From the NCBI GenBank assembly GCA_964016885.1, contig OZ024741.1, positions 169,384,001 through 169,448,000 on the forward strand: a stretch of DNA of 64,000 nucleotides. The letters are read 5' to 3'. A program made the translations under genes and the position numbers. Position 1 is the stretch's first letter; each line of letters starts with the position of its first letter. The notes under the pieces were generated by a model. That model saw only the letters and a list, made by a program, of their open reading frames with translations, had not been told where the DNA came from and did no database searches. Shown piece by piece: positions 1 through 12,054 of this stretch. This DNA comes from Eledone cirrhosa (lineage: Eukaryota).

Positions 1-500
1 CCAAGCTAGCTGACAAACAGTGTGATTTTCACCCTGGACACAGCTCAGCAATAGGTCTTTGAGAAATAATAGGAGTCTTGCCATGAGGTGCATGCTTATT
101 CTGTAGTCCTTGAAAAGGCACTTGACCCCATTCCATGGGACCTGTTGTGGAAGCTTTTGTAGGAGCAAGGAAACGATGGACAGCTTTTTGTTGCTCTGAT
201 GTTTATGTATAAATACAGATTATTATTATTTGTGTTCAGTCAAAACCATTCAATGTGGGTGTCAGACTCTGCCAATGATGCATACTGTCACCTCCCCTAT
301 TCATAATCTTCATGAGCTGGTCTGACATGTGCAGCCAGGCTGGAAATGGTATCAAACCTGGCAGGTGTAGGATCAGATGACTGGAATTTGCAGACGACAT
401 GGTAGTACATAACTAACCAGGTGATCTCTGACATACATTGGATAGGTTTGCTACTGGGTGCTGCATGGCAGGAATGAAAACTAAGACGCTTCTCCTCTCA
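1..500 (+). pseudogene. Decayed RTE-like non-LTR reverse transcriptase fragment
   Basis: Broken frames give RT motifs (LEKALD, SKPFNVGV..LCQ, ILSPPLFIIFM, LEFADDMV) with stops and frameshifts. Confidence 0.65.
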
Positions 501-525
501 AGGAGGCCTCCACAGAACATTCTAC

Positions 526-581
<56 letters not shown>

Positions 582-596
582 GAAGAAGAAGAAGAT
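526..596. repeat. (GAT)n(GAA)n microsatellite
   Basis: Directly visible; source of the poly-D and poly-S ORFs. Confidence 0.95.
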
Positions 597-695
597 ACCA
601 CACAACCTTTAATATTATCAGAACATCAGAACATAATATACAATACAGCCTTTAATACTACCACAGCATGGTAATATACCACACAAACCCTTGTG

Positions 696-1335
696 GGGTG
701 GCTGAATTGGTAGATTGTTAGACAAAATGCCATTCAAATATTTGTTCTGGTTCTTTACATCCTGAGTTCAAATCCTGCTGAGGTCAACTTTCCCTTTCAT
801 CCCTCTCCAGGGTCAATCAGCCAAGTACTAGGGTTGATTTAACCCTTTAGCATTTACATTACTCAATATTTACTATTTTATTTTCATTGTAACAGCTTTA
901 CTTCCCATAATTATCTCACATAATATCGAATCTATGAGATTTTGATATTATTTATTTTGAGAACAATACCTTAACATCAGTATGTACAGTCGGTTACATC
1001 TGGTTTGAAGAGAAAGAGGTGAGAAAATTCTGACCGGATACAGCTGTTTTAATGTTTTAGCATTTAAACTGACCATATCTGGCCAGAATTCTCTTACCTC
1101 TTTCTAGTCAAACCAGCTGTAACTGGCCACTCATACTGATGTTAAGGTATCTTTCTCAAAATAAATAATATCAAAATCTCATAGATTTGATATGATGTGA
1201 GATAATTATGTGAGATAAAGCCTTTACCGTGAAAATACAATAGTATATATAGAATAATGTAAATGCTAAAGGGTTAATCAACTTTGTCCTTCCTTTAAAT
1301 TTGCTGGCCTTGTGCCTAAATTAGAAATCCATATT
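696..1335 (+). mobile_element. Old tRNA-derived SINE split by a MITE
   Basis: A box tggctgaattgg, B box gagttcaaatcc and core ctttcatcc lie before 840; tail ttgctggccttgtgcctaaa resumes after 1277. Confidence 0.75.
843..1273. mobile_element. Palindromic piggyBac-like MITE
   Basis: TTAA at 839-842 and 1274-1277; ends CCCTTTAGCATTTACATTA and TAATGTAAATGCTAAAGGG; the halves are imperfect inverted repeats of about 200 bp. Confidence 0.85.
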
Positions 1336-1610
1336 ACCACAGAACCTACTAATATGTCATGCAATTCACCCCAGACTATTTCATACACAAGACAAAAAAA
1401 ACCTTTGCAGAATAGGTTTCATTAGCTTCTGCACTTTAATATTCTCCATTGATATAGATTGTTATTAAATAAAATCTACTACTCTGTTAATTATCATTAT
1501 CAGTTAAGACTCACTACTCTACTTATTAACACTATAAGATACCACCTACTACTCTGTAAATACCAGCTTCCCTAGATGAATAATTGACTAGCAGCCGGAA
1601 ACTGATTATA

Positions 1611-1652
1611 TCTGTGTGTGTGTGCACAAGTGTGTGTATGTGAATGTATATA

Positions 1653-1686
<34 letters not shown>

Positions 1687-1719
1687 CACTAAAACACACA
1701 AACACACACATATACACAT

Positions 1720-1774
<55 letters not shown>
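1611..1774. repeat. Compound (TG)/(TA)/(CA) microsatellite
   Basis: Directly visible. Confidence 0.95.
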
Positions 1775-1777
<3 letters not shown>

Positions 1778-1859
1778 ATAATAATAAATTTGAAGACTAA
1801 AATCCAAAGAGGGCTCGATAAGGACAAATATATATCAAATATATAAGAACCGTAGAGCA

Positions 1860-2475
1860 AATATTTATTAAAATAACAGATTAAAGTTTAAGCAAAGAAT
1901 CGCTGCTTTCACCCTTAATGGGATCTTCTGAAACTAACAAAGTCAATCTGTGAACACGGAAGTGAATATTTCAAAAAACATTGCAACTGGAGGAAGACAG
2001 GAAGACGATACTTTGGTTCCTTATCCTTATAGTAGTATACTCTGCTCTGCGCGAGCATTGAGTGCTCAACCGGCATACTGCCTACAGATGTTTTCCTAGT
2101 TAGAATTTTAGTCTACGACTTCAGTTATACCATTTACGTGGTTTTGTTTTTGCGTGCTATTGTTCTCCCCGGTGCACATATGACATATTATCTTCGTTTT
2201 TTCCGTTCATTGCCAGAGAACGTCTCTATAAACCACCTAATAGATATATTAGTCTACGACTTCTTTTATACCATACACGTGGTTTTGTCTTTGCGTGTAA
2301 TTGTTTTTCACCGCTCCAAATAATGACGTATTATATTCGTTTTTTCCCGTTCTTTGCAACGTTTTTTGAAATATTCACTTCCGTGTTCACAGATTGACTT
2401 TGTTAGTTTCAGAAGATCCCGTTAAGGGTGAAAGCAGCGATTCTTTGCTTAAACTTTAATCTGTTATTTTAATAA

Positions 2476-2478
<3 letters not shown>
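1860..2478. repeat. Inverted repeat of about 125 bp per arm (1860-1986 and 2354-2478), possible Penelope-like pLTR
   Basis: Arms are near-perfect reverse complements; they contain a degenerate hammerhead motif; related sequence recurs near 13100-13315. Confidence 0.75.
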
Positions 2479-2506
<28 letters not shown>

Positions 2507-3572
2507 TATAGATACATCAAAAATGCGTCTGTAGGCGGTATGCCGGTTGAGCACTCGATGCTCGCGCAGAGCAGAGTATACTACTATAAGGATAAGGTAC
2601 AAGGATTCAGTGTTGCATCATAACATATTTAATAACATATTACATATGTTTCACTATCGATCAACTCGAGGCAAGATCTATTATAGATCGAATCTGACTC
2701 TGTAATCGAAAGGTTGTATACATTTTTTCATTTTTTTTTATTTTTGATTATTGCTTCCACATATATATATGTGGACCCACACGAGAGGAAAGACATATGT
2801 ATGATGTGACATTATATCATCACTTTTATTTCATTTTATTTTATTTTTAAATATTTACTGTATTCACCTTTATATTCATGGAAACTGTATATATATGTAT
2901 GTATGTGTATATATGTATATATATATAGCAAAGGGCAAAGGAGCTCTTAAGAGTCAATGGCCATCCAAAATCACCGGGAGAGATGACCCCTTAGCCTTTG
3001 TCAAGGCAGAATTCTAGGAGAAGGAAAACTCTGATATAACACCTGCAACCCTGATGGTATCCAATGATGTTGACTTGTTCTTCTTTTTGGTAAATATCAT
3101 CTTGGTTAAGAGAGTGGGACTGGCTTTGTGCAGTGCCTTTGCTCACTATAAAAGCTTCACAGCACAGGCATTGCTTTATATCTGGAGATCTCTCTGCACT
3201 TGTCCTCACATGGTACCATGGGCCCAGCACTATGTGTCAATAATTGTCACAAGTGTAGTGTTTGTACCAGAGTTTTCAAGTCGCTGGCTGGACTAAAAAG
3301 TCTCACTCGTTCAGCGCTTCGGTAGGGGTTCTCCTACATGGATATAAAGTAGTGGCCATACTCGAAAACGAGTTGGCAGCCACCATATATATATATATAT
3401 AACGAAGGAAATGTGGTAAGGAACCAGGTGGACCATAACGCACCAAAGTACTCAATACTTAGGGTAGTAGAGTGGGTAATAGGAACGAGTAGGACCCTGA
3501 CGGCTGAGCTCAAGCCGTTTCGACGGCTAATTCTGAGTCCAGAATTAGCTGTCGAAACGGCTTGGGCTCGTT

Positions 3573-3574
<2 letters not shown>

Positions 3575-3637
<63 letters not shown>

Positions 3638-3766
3638 ATGCATATGTGTGTATATATGATGTGTGTGTGTGTGTGTGTGTATGCATATGTGTGTATATAT
3701 GATGTGTGTGTGTATATATAGGTATGTATGTTTGAACAGGTGTATATATGTGTATGTATGTGTGTC

Positions 3767-3845
<79 letters not shown>
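3575..3845. repeat. Compound (TA)/(TG) microsatellite
   Basis: Directly visible. Confidence 0.95.
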
Positions 3846-3847
<2 letters not shown>

Positions 3848-4010
3848 GATAACAAATTATCATTATAGGTAATGCAGTTAGAGGTTGTGAGTACTCTGTA
3901 TTGTGTATAGTTTTAACGTACGCCGTTGTTTGACTCAACAAGAGGTTTCCTTAGTTATGTAGCGAGTTCGCGGGAATTCCTATGCGGGGCATTCTTGGAG
4001 TAATAATAGT

Positions 4011-4197
4011 TGTTTCTACTTTAGGCACAAGGCCAGCAATTACCCAGTGCATTACTGGTACTTTATTTTATCGACCCCGTAAGGATGAAAGGCAAAGTCA
4101 ACCTCGGCGGGATTTGAACTCAGACCGTAAAGGGACGTAACTCCATGCTGGAAAGCATGGCGTCCGACCCTCCACCGATACTGCCAACCCACCGCCC
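4011..4197 (-). mobile_element. Full-length tRNA-derived SINE with 16-bp TSD
   Basis: A box tggcagtatcgg, B box gagttcaaatcc, core gcctttcatccttacggggtcgataaaataaagtaccag (resembles a Meta-type SINE domain); TSD ttggagtaataatagt at 3995-4010 and 4200-4215. Confidence 0.9.
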
Positions 4198-4474
4198 TAT
4201 TGGAGTAATAATAGTGAAAGAGTGAAGAATAACATGGTCAACAGTACAAAAAGGGTTTTATTTACAGCATTAACAATTATTTCATTGATTAGGTATGTCT
4301 AAAGGCTACTAATCACTCGAAGTTGTGTCATTCGACCTTAAATACAGTGTATGCCTAATCAAATCATCGGAATAACTCAACTGAGTTATTCCAAAGCATA
4401 TGTATATATATATATATTTATATATATATATACAATATATTAATAAATGGAAACTATATTTATAAAACTATAAT

Positions 4475-4540
4475 TATTTTATTATATATATTTCAAGGGC
4501 AACCAGGGCAAATTTTGGTGCGCTTTCATCAGATAAAATA
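4475..4540 (-). ncRNA. Minimal type I hammerhead ribozyme, inverted copy of 4600-4665
   Basis: Reverse complement reads TATTTTAT-CTGATGA-hairpin-GAAATATATAT-A-ATAAAATA. Confidence 0.75.
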
Positions 4541-4599
4541 CAAATTTGTTTTATAAACATACCCGCATAAAGACAACCTTAACAGTTGAGGTTCGCTTG

Positions 4600-4665
4600 T
4601 ATTTTATCTGATGAAAGCGCACCAAAATTTGCCTTGGTTGCCCTTGAAATATATATAATAAAATA
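4600..4665 (+). ncRNA. Minimal type I hammerhead ribozyme, Penelope-like type
   Basis: Stem I TATTTTAT/ATAAAATA, CTGATGA 4608-4614, stem II 4615-4645, GAAA 4646-4649, palindromic stem III ATATATAT, AUA cleavage triplet. Confidence 0.78.
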
Positions 4666-4946
4666 ATTATGGTTTTATAAATATAGTTTCCATTTATTAA
4701 TATATTGAATATTTACTCCTCTAAACTGTTGAGTGCTTTATATCAGTTATAAAAATGTTTAAGCTTGTTGAATCCCAACAAATTAAATATAACCTCTGCA
4801 TATATATATATGAGAGAGAGAGATATGGGTGTTCATTTATCTACTTATTTATATATGGATGTATGGGTGTACACGTGTATTTGTGTGGATGTACACATAT
4901 GGGCGGGTATACATATATGTCCGTGTCGATTTACATACATATATAT

Positions 4947-5199
4947 GTTTACTCAGCTGTAGAAATGAGATGATAGGACTGGGGTCCCTATCATTCCACT
5001 GCAAAGTGGTCATGGAGGTGCCACGGCAAAAAAGCACCCAGCCCACACTGTAAAGTGGTCGTGGAGGCGCCACGGAAAAAAAAAGCACCCAGCACTCACT
5101 GTAAATGAGGTTGGTGTTAGGAGGGGCATCCAGCTGTAGAAATCAAGACAGAATTAGTTCCCGTCTCACCCTTGCAAGCAGGGTAAAAGCGGACCTAAA

Positions 5200-5229
<30 letters not shown>
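4947..5229 (+). mobile_element. SINE/RTE-derived 3' end with (GAT)n tail
   Basis: Shares ggcatccagctgtagaaatcaag and the GAT tail with the RTE 3' ends at 10.6 and 14 kb and with the repeat at 30.4 kb. Confidence 0.7.
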
Positions 5230-5231
<2 letters not shown>

Positions 5232-5573
5232 ATGTATGTATATATGTGTGTGTCTGCGTATGTGTACAAATGTGTCTGTATGTGTGTGTGTGTATATATA
5301 TGTGTGTATATGTATGTATATGTGGAGATATTAGTGGTATATGAACATTAAATCTAGCAGTGAATGACAGGCCAATGATATCCCACGCCTAAACGCACAC
5401 GAAAACTTGACCAGAGGACAGACAGCCGCCACCCCGAAGATAGAATGATGATGATGATGATGAGATAATTGAACCAATGAACCGGCCTAAAATAACATGA
5501 TGTTAATATGTGCTGTAGATGGCTAATAGCTGTAGATTTGAACACACAGAATCGGAGACGAACTCATATATCA

Positions 5574-5667
5574 AGCATATCTGATGACCTTTCGATTACA
5601 GAGTCAGGTTCAATCTATAATAGATCTTGCCTCGAGCATATCGATAGAGAAACATATGTAATATGTT
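5574..5667 (+). ncRNA. Type I hammerhead ribozyme with long stem II
   Basis: Stem I AGCATAT/ATATGTT, CTGATGA 5581-5587, about 60-nt hairpin, GAAA 5649-5652, palindromic ACATATGT, GUA triplet; first stem II pair is mismatched. Confidence 0.65.
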
Positions 5668-6269
5668 ATTAAATATGTTATGATGCAACACTGAATCCTT
5701 GTTCCTTATCCTTATAGTATATATATATATATATACATATATCATACACACATATATGTATATATATATTTTTTATTATGTAAATTTTGTATATCTAATG
5801 ATATATGGTATGTTTACAAATAAACATTTGGAAAGCCTTCTAGCTATGAATATTGAAAAGCTGACGGCTAGTGCTGTCTAGTGGATTCCAGCAGAAGTAG
5901 CGGGGAACAACTGCCAACACATTTCTGGTTCTACTATCATTAGAACAGTGCTTCCCCTGCACTCTGCTGGAACTTGAAATAGGTGAAAATATATAGCTTT
6001 TTCGCCTATGTAGATGGGCTGATTAGCTTCATTGTATATGGAGCTGTCAAGCTGGCTCAGCTTGAAAGTAGAATTAAAGTTTTTGCTCCATTGTTTCTTT
6101 TGTCAGTTTTTTGGTCATTGGTGATGGTGCTGTTGTTCGCAATCCTGCCTAAATTGGTACTAGGCGCAGTTTAAGCTGCGCTCACATGACAACTGGCTTA
6201 ACATAAATGAGCGTATTCCATGTTTTTTCAGAAAATTTTTTTTTTTTAAATATAAAGTTCAAAGGGACA

Positions 6270-7048
6270 AGAACAATTAGCATCAAAGTGAAAGCAGAAA
6301 CCTCTGCATAGCAAATATGTGGCCCATAGCAAACAAGCTGATGTTGACCAAAAGCACCCCCATCATTGGCTATGTAGCTCAGAGCTAAAAGCAGAGAGTG
6401 AAGGCTTCATCTTAGCTGCCCAAGATCAAAGCTTACTGACACGGGATTAGCAGTCCAATATGCTGAGAAATGGAGTAAATCCAAAGTGCCAATTCTGCAA
6501 TGTTGAGGTTGAAACAGTGGACCACTTAGTAAAGTTTTTCCCCAGTAGAGTACAAATATAGACATGACAAAGTTGGCCAATATCTACACTGGGTAATATG
6601 TTGGCATTAGAAAATCAAAGCTGCTGACATGTGGTACAATCATCTCCCTGAGGCTGTAACTGAAGGAGAAAAAGTAACAATTCTTTGGGACTTTCCTGTA
6701 CATACTGACCAAACCATAAAAGCTAATAGACCAATAGACCTGATATCATTGTAAAAGACCAACATAGCAAGGTCTGTTTACTGATTTATATGAGCATCCC
6801 ATGTGATCACAATATCGCGGCAAAAGAATTTGACAAGCTACGAAAATATAAAGATTTTCTAATTGAAATCAAAAAAATGTAGCACCTCAAGGCCGTTACA
6901 ATACCAGTGATTGTGGGAGTACTGGGAATGATCAAGAAAGGGACAGAGCAGTATTTGAGAATGATCCCTGGTTTACCCTCTCTGCAAGCAGTCCAAAAAA
7001 TTATTTTGACTGGTACTGCACATATATTGAGAAGAGCACTATCTTGTA
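6270..7048 (+). pseudogene. 3' fragment of an RLE-type non-LTR element (R4/Dong-like)
   Basis: Broken frames give EGFILAAQDQSL, CQFC..ETVDHL, YRHDKV, ILWDF, RPDIIV and VIVGVLG..TAHILRRAL (zinc knuckle plus PD-D nuclease region). Confidence 0.8.
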
Positions 7049-7261
7049 AGAATGATATCCCTCCATGTTTGTATGTATGGATTTGTGTGTGTGTGTGCGC
7101 GCGCGCATGTGTGTGCGCGCATGTGTGTGTATATGTATATATTTGTGTGAGTATATATGTATGTGTACATGCAAAGCATGTATGTGTACATGCAAAGCAT
7201 GGCGTCCGACCCTCTACCGATACTGCCAATCCACCACCTTAATGATAATAATAATGATAAT

Positions 7262-9240
7262 GTTTTCTTTATTAACCACAAGGGTTGACATAAAGTATTA
7301 AGGACAGAACAGACGATACAATGCAGGTTTCTGCATGTAAAAACAAACATAAAACAAAAACAAAGGATGTAAAAAAAGAACCAAAGAAAATTCCCCAATA
7401 GGGGTCAGACTTCCACTTGTGGAGAAAGCCCACAAATCGCCACTGTCACCCTGACCACCACAGCAAGTACCCCCTCCCAAGTGTCCTACTTCTGAGGCAC
7501 ATGCTCAGAGCCGACGCATTCATTCGGGCCATTCTCGCCACTTTCACCCCCCTTTGAACAAAGTGGTTGGAAAGCAGCACATCCCTCTCTACCCTGATCT
7601 TCCTCTTTAAGAGAAACTGGAAGAAGTTAATCAGGGTGTTTCCGAAGAGAACAGTGCGCATCTTCAGTCCTTTCAGATGCGTTCACCATACAACTTCTTT
7701 CACCATGGCCACCAGACAGACAAAAACAGCCTGCCCTTCCTGACTAAAGAAGGGCAATGGGGCAATCTTGACAATGGACACAGTTGATAGTCGGATCCGT
7801 CCTACATGTGACAACAGTATTCAACATAAATTCTCAAATGAGCGATGCTCCTACACTGGATGACTACATGCACTTCCATGACTATATAGTTTATTTCAAA
7901 CCAGGCTAGGAATTTTAGGAAGTTGTCCATGGGCCCTAGACCAAAAGTCCTGCTGAAGAGAATTGCTAGTTGATTTTTGTTGATGCCCAGAGTTTCCCGA
8001 AGAACGTTGTTCTTTTATCAATCACTAACCCTCTTTAGAAGGCCGAGGTGGAGTTTCTAATTGTAGTGCTTGATTGGCTGAGGGCTATAAGTGCTTGAAG
8101 ACATTTTAGCCTCCAAATGCTCCTCCTTGGTCTCTGCTCAACCTAGGACTGCAGCTTTGTCAAAGAGATGATCTGGGAAAGACGTGCCTAGCAAATGGTG
8201 ACCACACCTGTTCACCATTCAGGAAAAGCTGGACATGTCATAACCTCAGTATATATCTGCGCATCATCAGCTATGGCATGCCCTATCCTCCATGCAGCTA
8301 GCAGATGGACTGCCTCACCAGTGAAATCTGTCCTTTCTACAAGAAAGGACGCGATGTATGAGTTCACTACTTCCACCCGACCTTTCAGGTATAGCTTCTT
8401 CTTGGTCCATTTCTAGGTGAGTATGGTCACCCTGCTCATCACCTCATCTCAGTTTTTGTCCGTCTGGAAGTCCAGACCAATCCAGACCCTGAACAATTTA
8501 ATCGATCCATCCATCAGGCGGCTGACAATACTGTTGAATGGCACGCACCTACCTCTCCAGGTGCCAAGCCACAGGGTCATCTTTGCTCCTACCACTACCT
8601 TGTATTCTCTCAGAGCAGTGCCAATCACCTTGATGTGTTTAGCACTTGACACCACTAAAGTGATATCATCAGCATAAGCTGACACAGTTTTCCTTCATCT
8701 TAGTTCACACAGGATGCCTCTCAACGTCTCCAGTGTGTGCAGTAATGGCTCTAGAGTCAATACATACAACAGGTACAAGAGGGGACAAACTTGGGGAACC
8801 GAGCACATGATGTCGAATGGTTCCAAAACGTGACCATTCACTCTCACCGCAGAGCAGATATCGATATGTATTGCAGCGATCCACTCTCTGAAAATGGGCC
8901 CAAAGCCGGCTGCTCTGAGGACTACCACCAGGTATCAATGGTCGACCCTATCAAATGCTTTTGATTGATCTATGTGCCAGGTTCCTTAGCTACTCCCTCC
9001 ATGATGCATTGCATGGGGTGGAGATTGTCATGGATGGATCTGTTTGGAATAGTGCATGTCTGCATCTCTCCCACCAGGCTCCCAATGACAAGTACCAACC
9101 TCGACTCTAACACCTTGGCCATAATTTTAAACTCTGCATTCAGTAGAGTTATGGGCCTGAAATTATTTGCATTGTCTCCCATGTTCAGGTCCTTTCTCAG
9201 CAGTACCATTGCTTCTCAGTTCACAGAACTGGGAATTTCA
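7262..9240 (-). mobile_element. 5'-truncated, decayed Tx1-like LINE of the (ATT)-associated family
   Basis: Fragments NFRPITLLNAE, SAYADDIT and LINFFQF match ORF2 at 47.4-50.8 kb; 3' end cttgtggttaataaagaaaac followed by degenerate (ATT)n at 7241-7261. Confidence 0.88.
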
Positions 9241-9990
9241 ATGAGACAACCTGCTAAAAGCCACAGATCAGGTTTGTGGTTGGAGCAAGGTCCTAGCAAA
9301 ATGGAGGGCAAGGTGATAATAGAATGATAGTGTTGTTATCGACCCTATCATTCCATAAAAGCAAAAGGACAAGCCTGGGAAGACTGGAGGAAATGGTGAA
9401 ACAGAGAGCAATACCAAATAGATAGAAGAGAGGCCAAGCACCAGATATACTTAGCAAGAGGAGAAACAGAAAAGAAGTTTGCACATGCTCTATGGTTTGA
9501 AGATCAGACAATGTGTTAGAGAAAATTGAGACTTGGTAGGAGAAAAGTGTGTCTGGAATGATTGTGGAGCACTCTCTCTGGCTGATGACAAAAAGAAAGA
9601 GGTATGGAAAGCCTACTACAATAGACTGATGTGTGAAGAGAATAAATGGGACAATGAGAGCTTACTCCATGTATACCCAACTGAAGGACCAGCCATAAAA
9701 GTTGACAGTGGGGAGATAGAAAAAAAACAAATAAGAATATGTAGGTAGAGAAGGCAGCTAGACTATCCAGTATACTTGCCAAGAAGCTAATACTATCTGA
9801 AATGGTATGTTGTGAGCTACTCAAATTCATATTTAATCAAGTAGTGCAGCATAGTGTCATACCCAGCAATATTATTGTAAACTGCTGCAAGGGCAAAAGA
9901 GATGCCCTGGAGAGAAGTAACTGCAGAGGCATCAAGCTAATGAACCAGGTAATGAAAGTTACTAAAAATGTTATAGCTGACAAATCTAGT
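9240..9990 (+). pseudogene. RTE-clade LINE ORF fragment
   Basis: VGEKCV.ND, KKEVWKAYYNRL and KGKRDALERSNCRGIKL; homologous to 15001-15706. Confidence 0.75.
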
Positions 9991-10638
9991 TTTTGACATT
10001 TCTTACTCTGACTTCACTTAGAATATTATACTAAACCTGCATTTTCCAATTAACAGTCCACATTCACCCAAACCACATCTTGTGACAGATCATAACAACA
10101 GACAACCCGCTCCACTAAAAAGATGTTCAGAGATTTATTGCAAAAAATGATGATATACTATGATATATTTAATTTATTTACAAATTTGTATAATACTGTG
10201 GTTCTTTAAGGTGCAATAATGCACATCTCTTAGATCTGCACTAGTTGACCTTAATATTAGCACTGTCCTGACTACTGATATTATTTATATTAGAACTATA
10301 TAATTTTTTCTTCTTCACACAAAAGTTTCACACATTTACATATCTCAGACATTCATCAATGTTCTTCTGTTTAAAGATCAGCAAATATCAATATCCCTGA
10401 ATAAAGCATGGACTATGTTATCGCACCATCACATGCATTGACTTTATCATATATCCAACAGCTTGGGGAAAAGAAGAAAAAAATTACCCTTTCACCCTTA
10501 GAACTAACAAACAGTTGTACTGTGTACTGTTGCAACATTGAAAGTAAAACTTATTAAAACTGTTAAAACAAATTACAGTATTAGGGCAGATAATGTTTTC
10601 TATATTTCTGAATATATATATATAAATATGTGGGTGTG

Positions 10639-11293
10639 TCATCATCATCACCGTTTTACGTCCGTTCTTCCACGCTAGCATGGGTTAGACGGGTTGTCCT
10701 GTTGTGGGCAGTGTCTGGTCGGCTGACCATGCCTTGCTCATACAGGAACTGATTTGGCTTGATTTCTACAGCTGGATGCCCTTCCTAACACCAACCTCAT
10801 TTACAGTGAGTGCTGGGTGCTTTTTCGTGGCGCCTACACGTCCACTTTACAGTGTGGGCTGGGTGCTTTTTTGCCGTGGCACCTCCACGACCACCTTGCG
10901 GTGGGGGGGGACATATTGTTTATATGCTTCAGCATGTACCCATGGGAGGTCGGGTACCCTGTATTACTGCGTGACGCCAGAAGTCACGGTCGTGTGTCAT
11001 TGACTTTGAGAGGTGTAGTTGGGTAAGGTCGGCTTTTATCACCTCATCCCAAGTCATCTTGGGTCTCCCCACTCCGCGGTTTCCATCAACTTCTAGTGCT
11101 CTGCACCTTTTTATGCCGCTGTCATCCTTCATACGCATCACATGTCCATACCAGCGTAACCGCCTCTCCTGCACGCAGCATTTGATTCCTCTTATGCTCA
11201 GTCTCTCTCTCAATTCCTTTATGCTTTGTCGTTCACGTATATTACTGTTACACATCCATTGGAGCATGCAGGCTTCGTTTCTCTCTAATCTAC
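10639..11293 (-). mobile_element. RTE-clade LINE 3' end
   Basis: ORF 10929-11267 has ERRLRWYGHVMRM and RGVGRPKMTW; 3' UTR ends in a (GAT)n tail. Confidence 0.88.
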
Positions 11294-11332
11294 GTAATAT
11301 ATGTATACAAACATATATATATCCTTTTCATT

Positions 11333-11870
11333 GCGGTGGATTGGCAGTATCGGTAGAGGGTCGGACGCCATGCTTTCCAGCATAGTTACGTCCCTTTACG
11401 ATCTGTGTTCAAATCCCGCCGAGGTTGACTTTGCCTTTCATCCTTACGGGGTCGATAAAATAAAGTACCAGTAATGCACTGGATAATTGCTGGCCTTGTG
11501 CCTAAAGTAGAAACAATTATTAATCCGAGGTTAACTTTGCCTTTCATCCTTACGGGGACGATAAAATAAAGTACCAGTAATGCACTGGGATAATTACTGG
11601 CCTTGTGCCTAAAGTAGAAACAATTATTAATATAAATATATGAAAGGGCGGTGGATTGGAAGTATCGGTAAAGAGTCGAACGCCATGCTTTTCAGCATAG
11701 AGTTACGGCTCTTTATAATCTGTTTTCATATCCCGCCAAGGTAAACTTTGCCTTTCATCCTTACGGGGTCAATAAAATAAAGCACCAGTCACGCACTGGG
11801 GTCAATTAAATCGACTTTCCCCTTCCCCATAATTGCTGGCCTTGTGCCTATATCAGAAATCATTATTAAT
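11333..11870 (+). mobile_element. Cluster of three tandem SINEs (full, 3' half, full)
   Basis: Same family as 4011-4197 at about 11333-11522, 11524-11630 and 11645-11870. Confidence 0.88.
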
Positions 11871-11929
11871 ATATATATATATATTAATAATAAAAAGGAC
11901 GATTTGTTATGTCTTCATTATGTTTATTG

Positions 11930-12020
11930 AGTAGTGATGTACATTTCGCTATTGATCAGCTCAAGGCTCAATCTGTATCGATCTGGCCTGACTCTGGAAT
12001 CAAAAGTTCGTCAGACTTCT
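11930..12020 (-). ncRNA. Type I hammerhead ribozyme with long stem II, homolog of 5574-5667
   Basis: Minus strand reads AGAAGT-CTGACGA-hairpin-GAAATGTACAT-C-ACTACT. Confidence 0.62.
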
Positions 12021-12054
12021 GTTACAATCCTTAAATATATATATATATACACAT

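Noticed and set aside
1532-5088. YI/HT/CV-rich ORFs
   Set aside because: Translations of dinucleotide microsatellites.
11333-11420. A and B boxes as a tRNA gene
   Set aside because: No cloverleaf; it is a SINE head continuing into core and tail.
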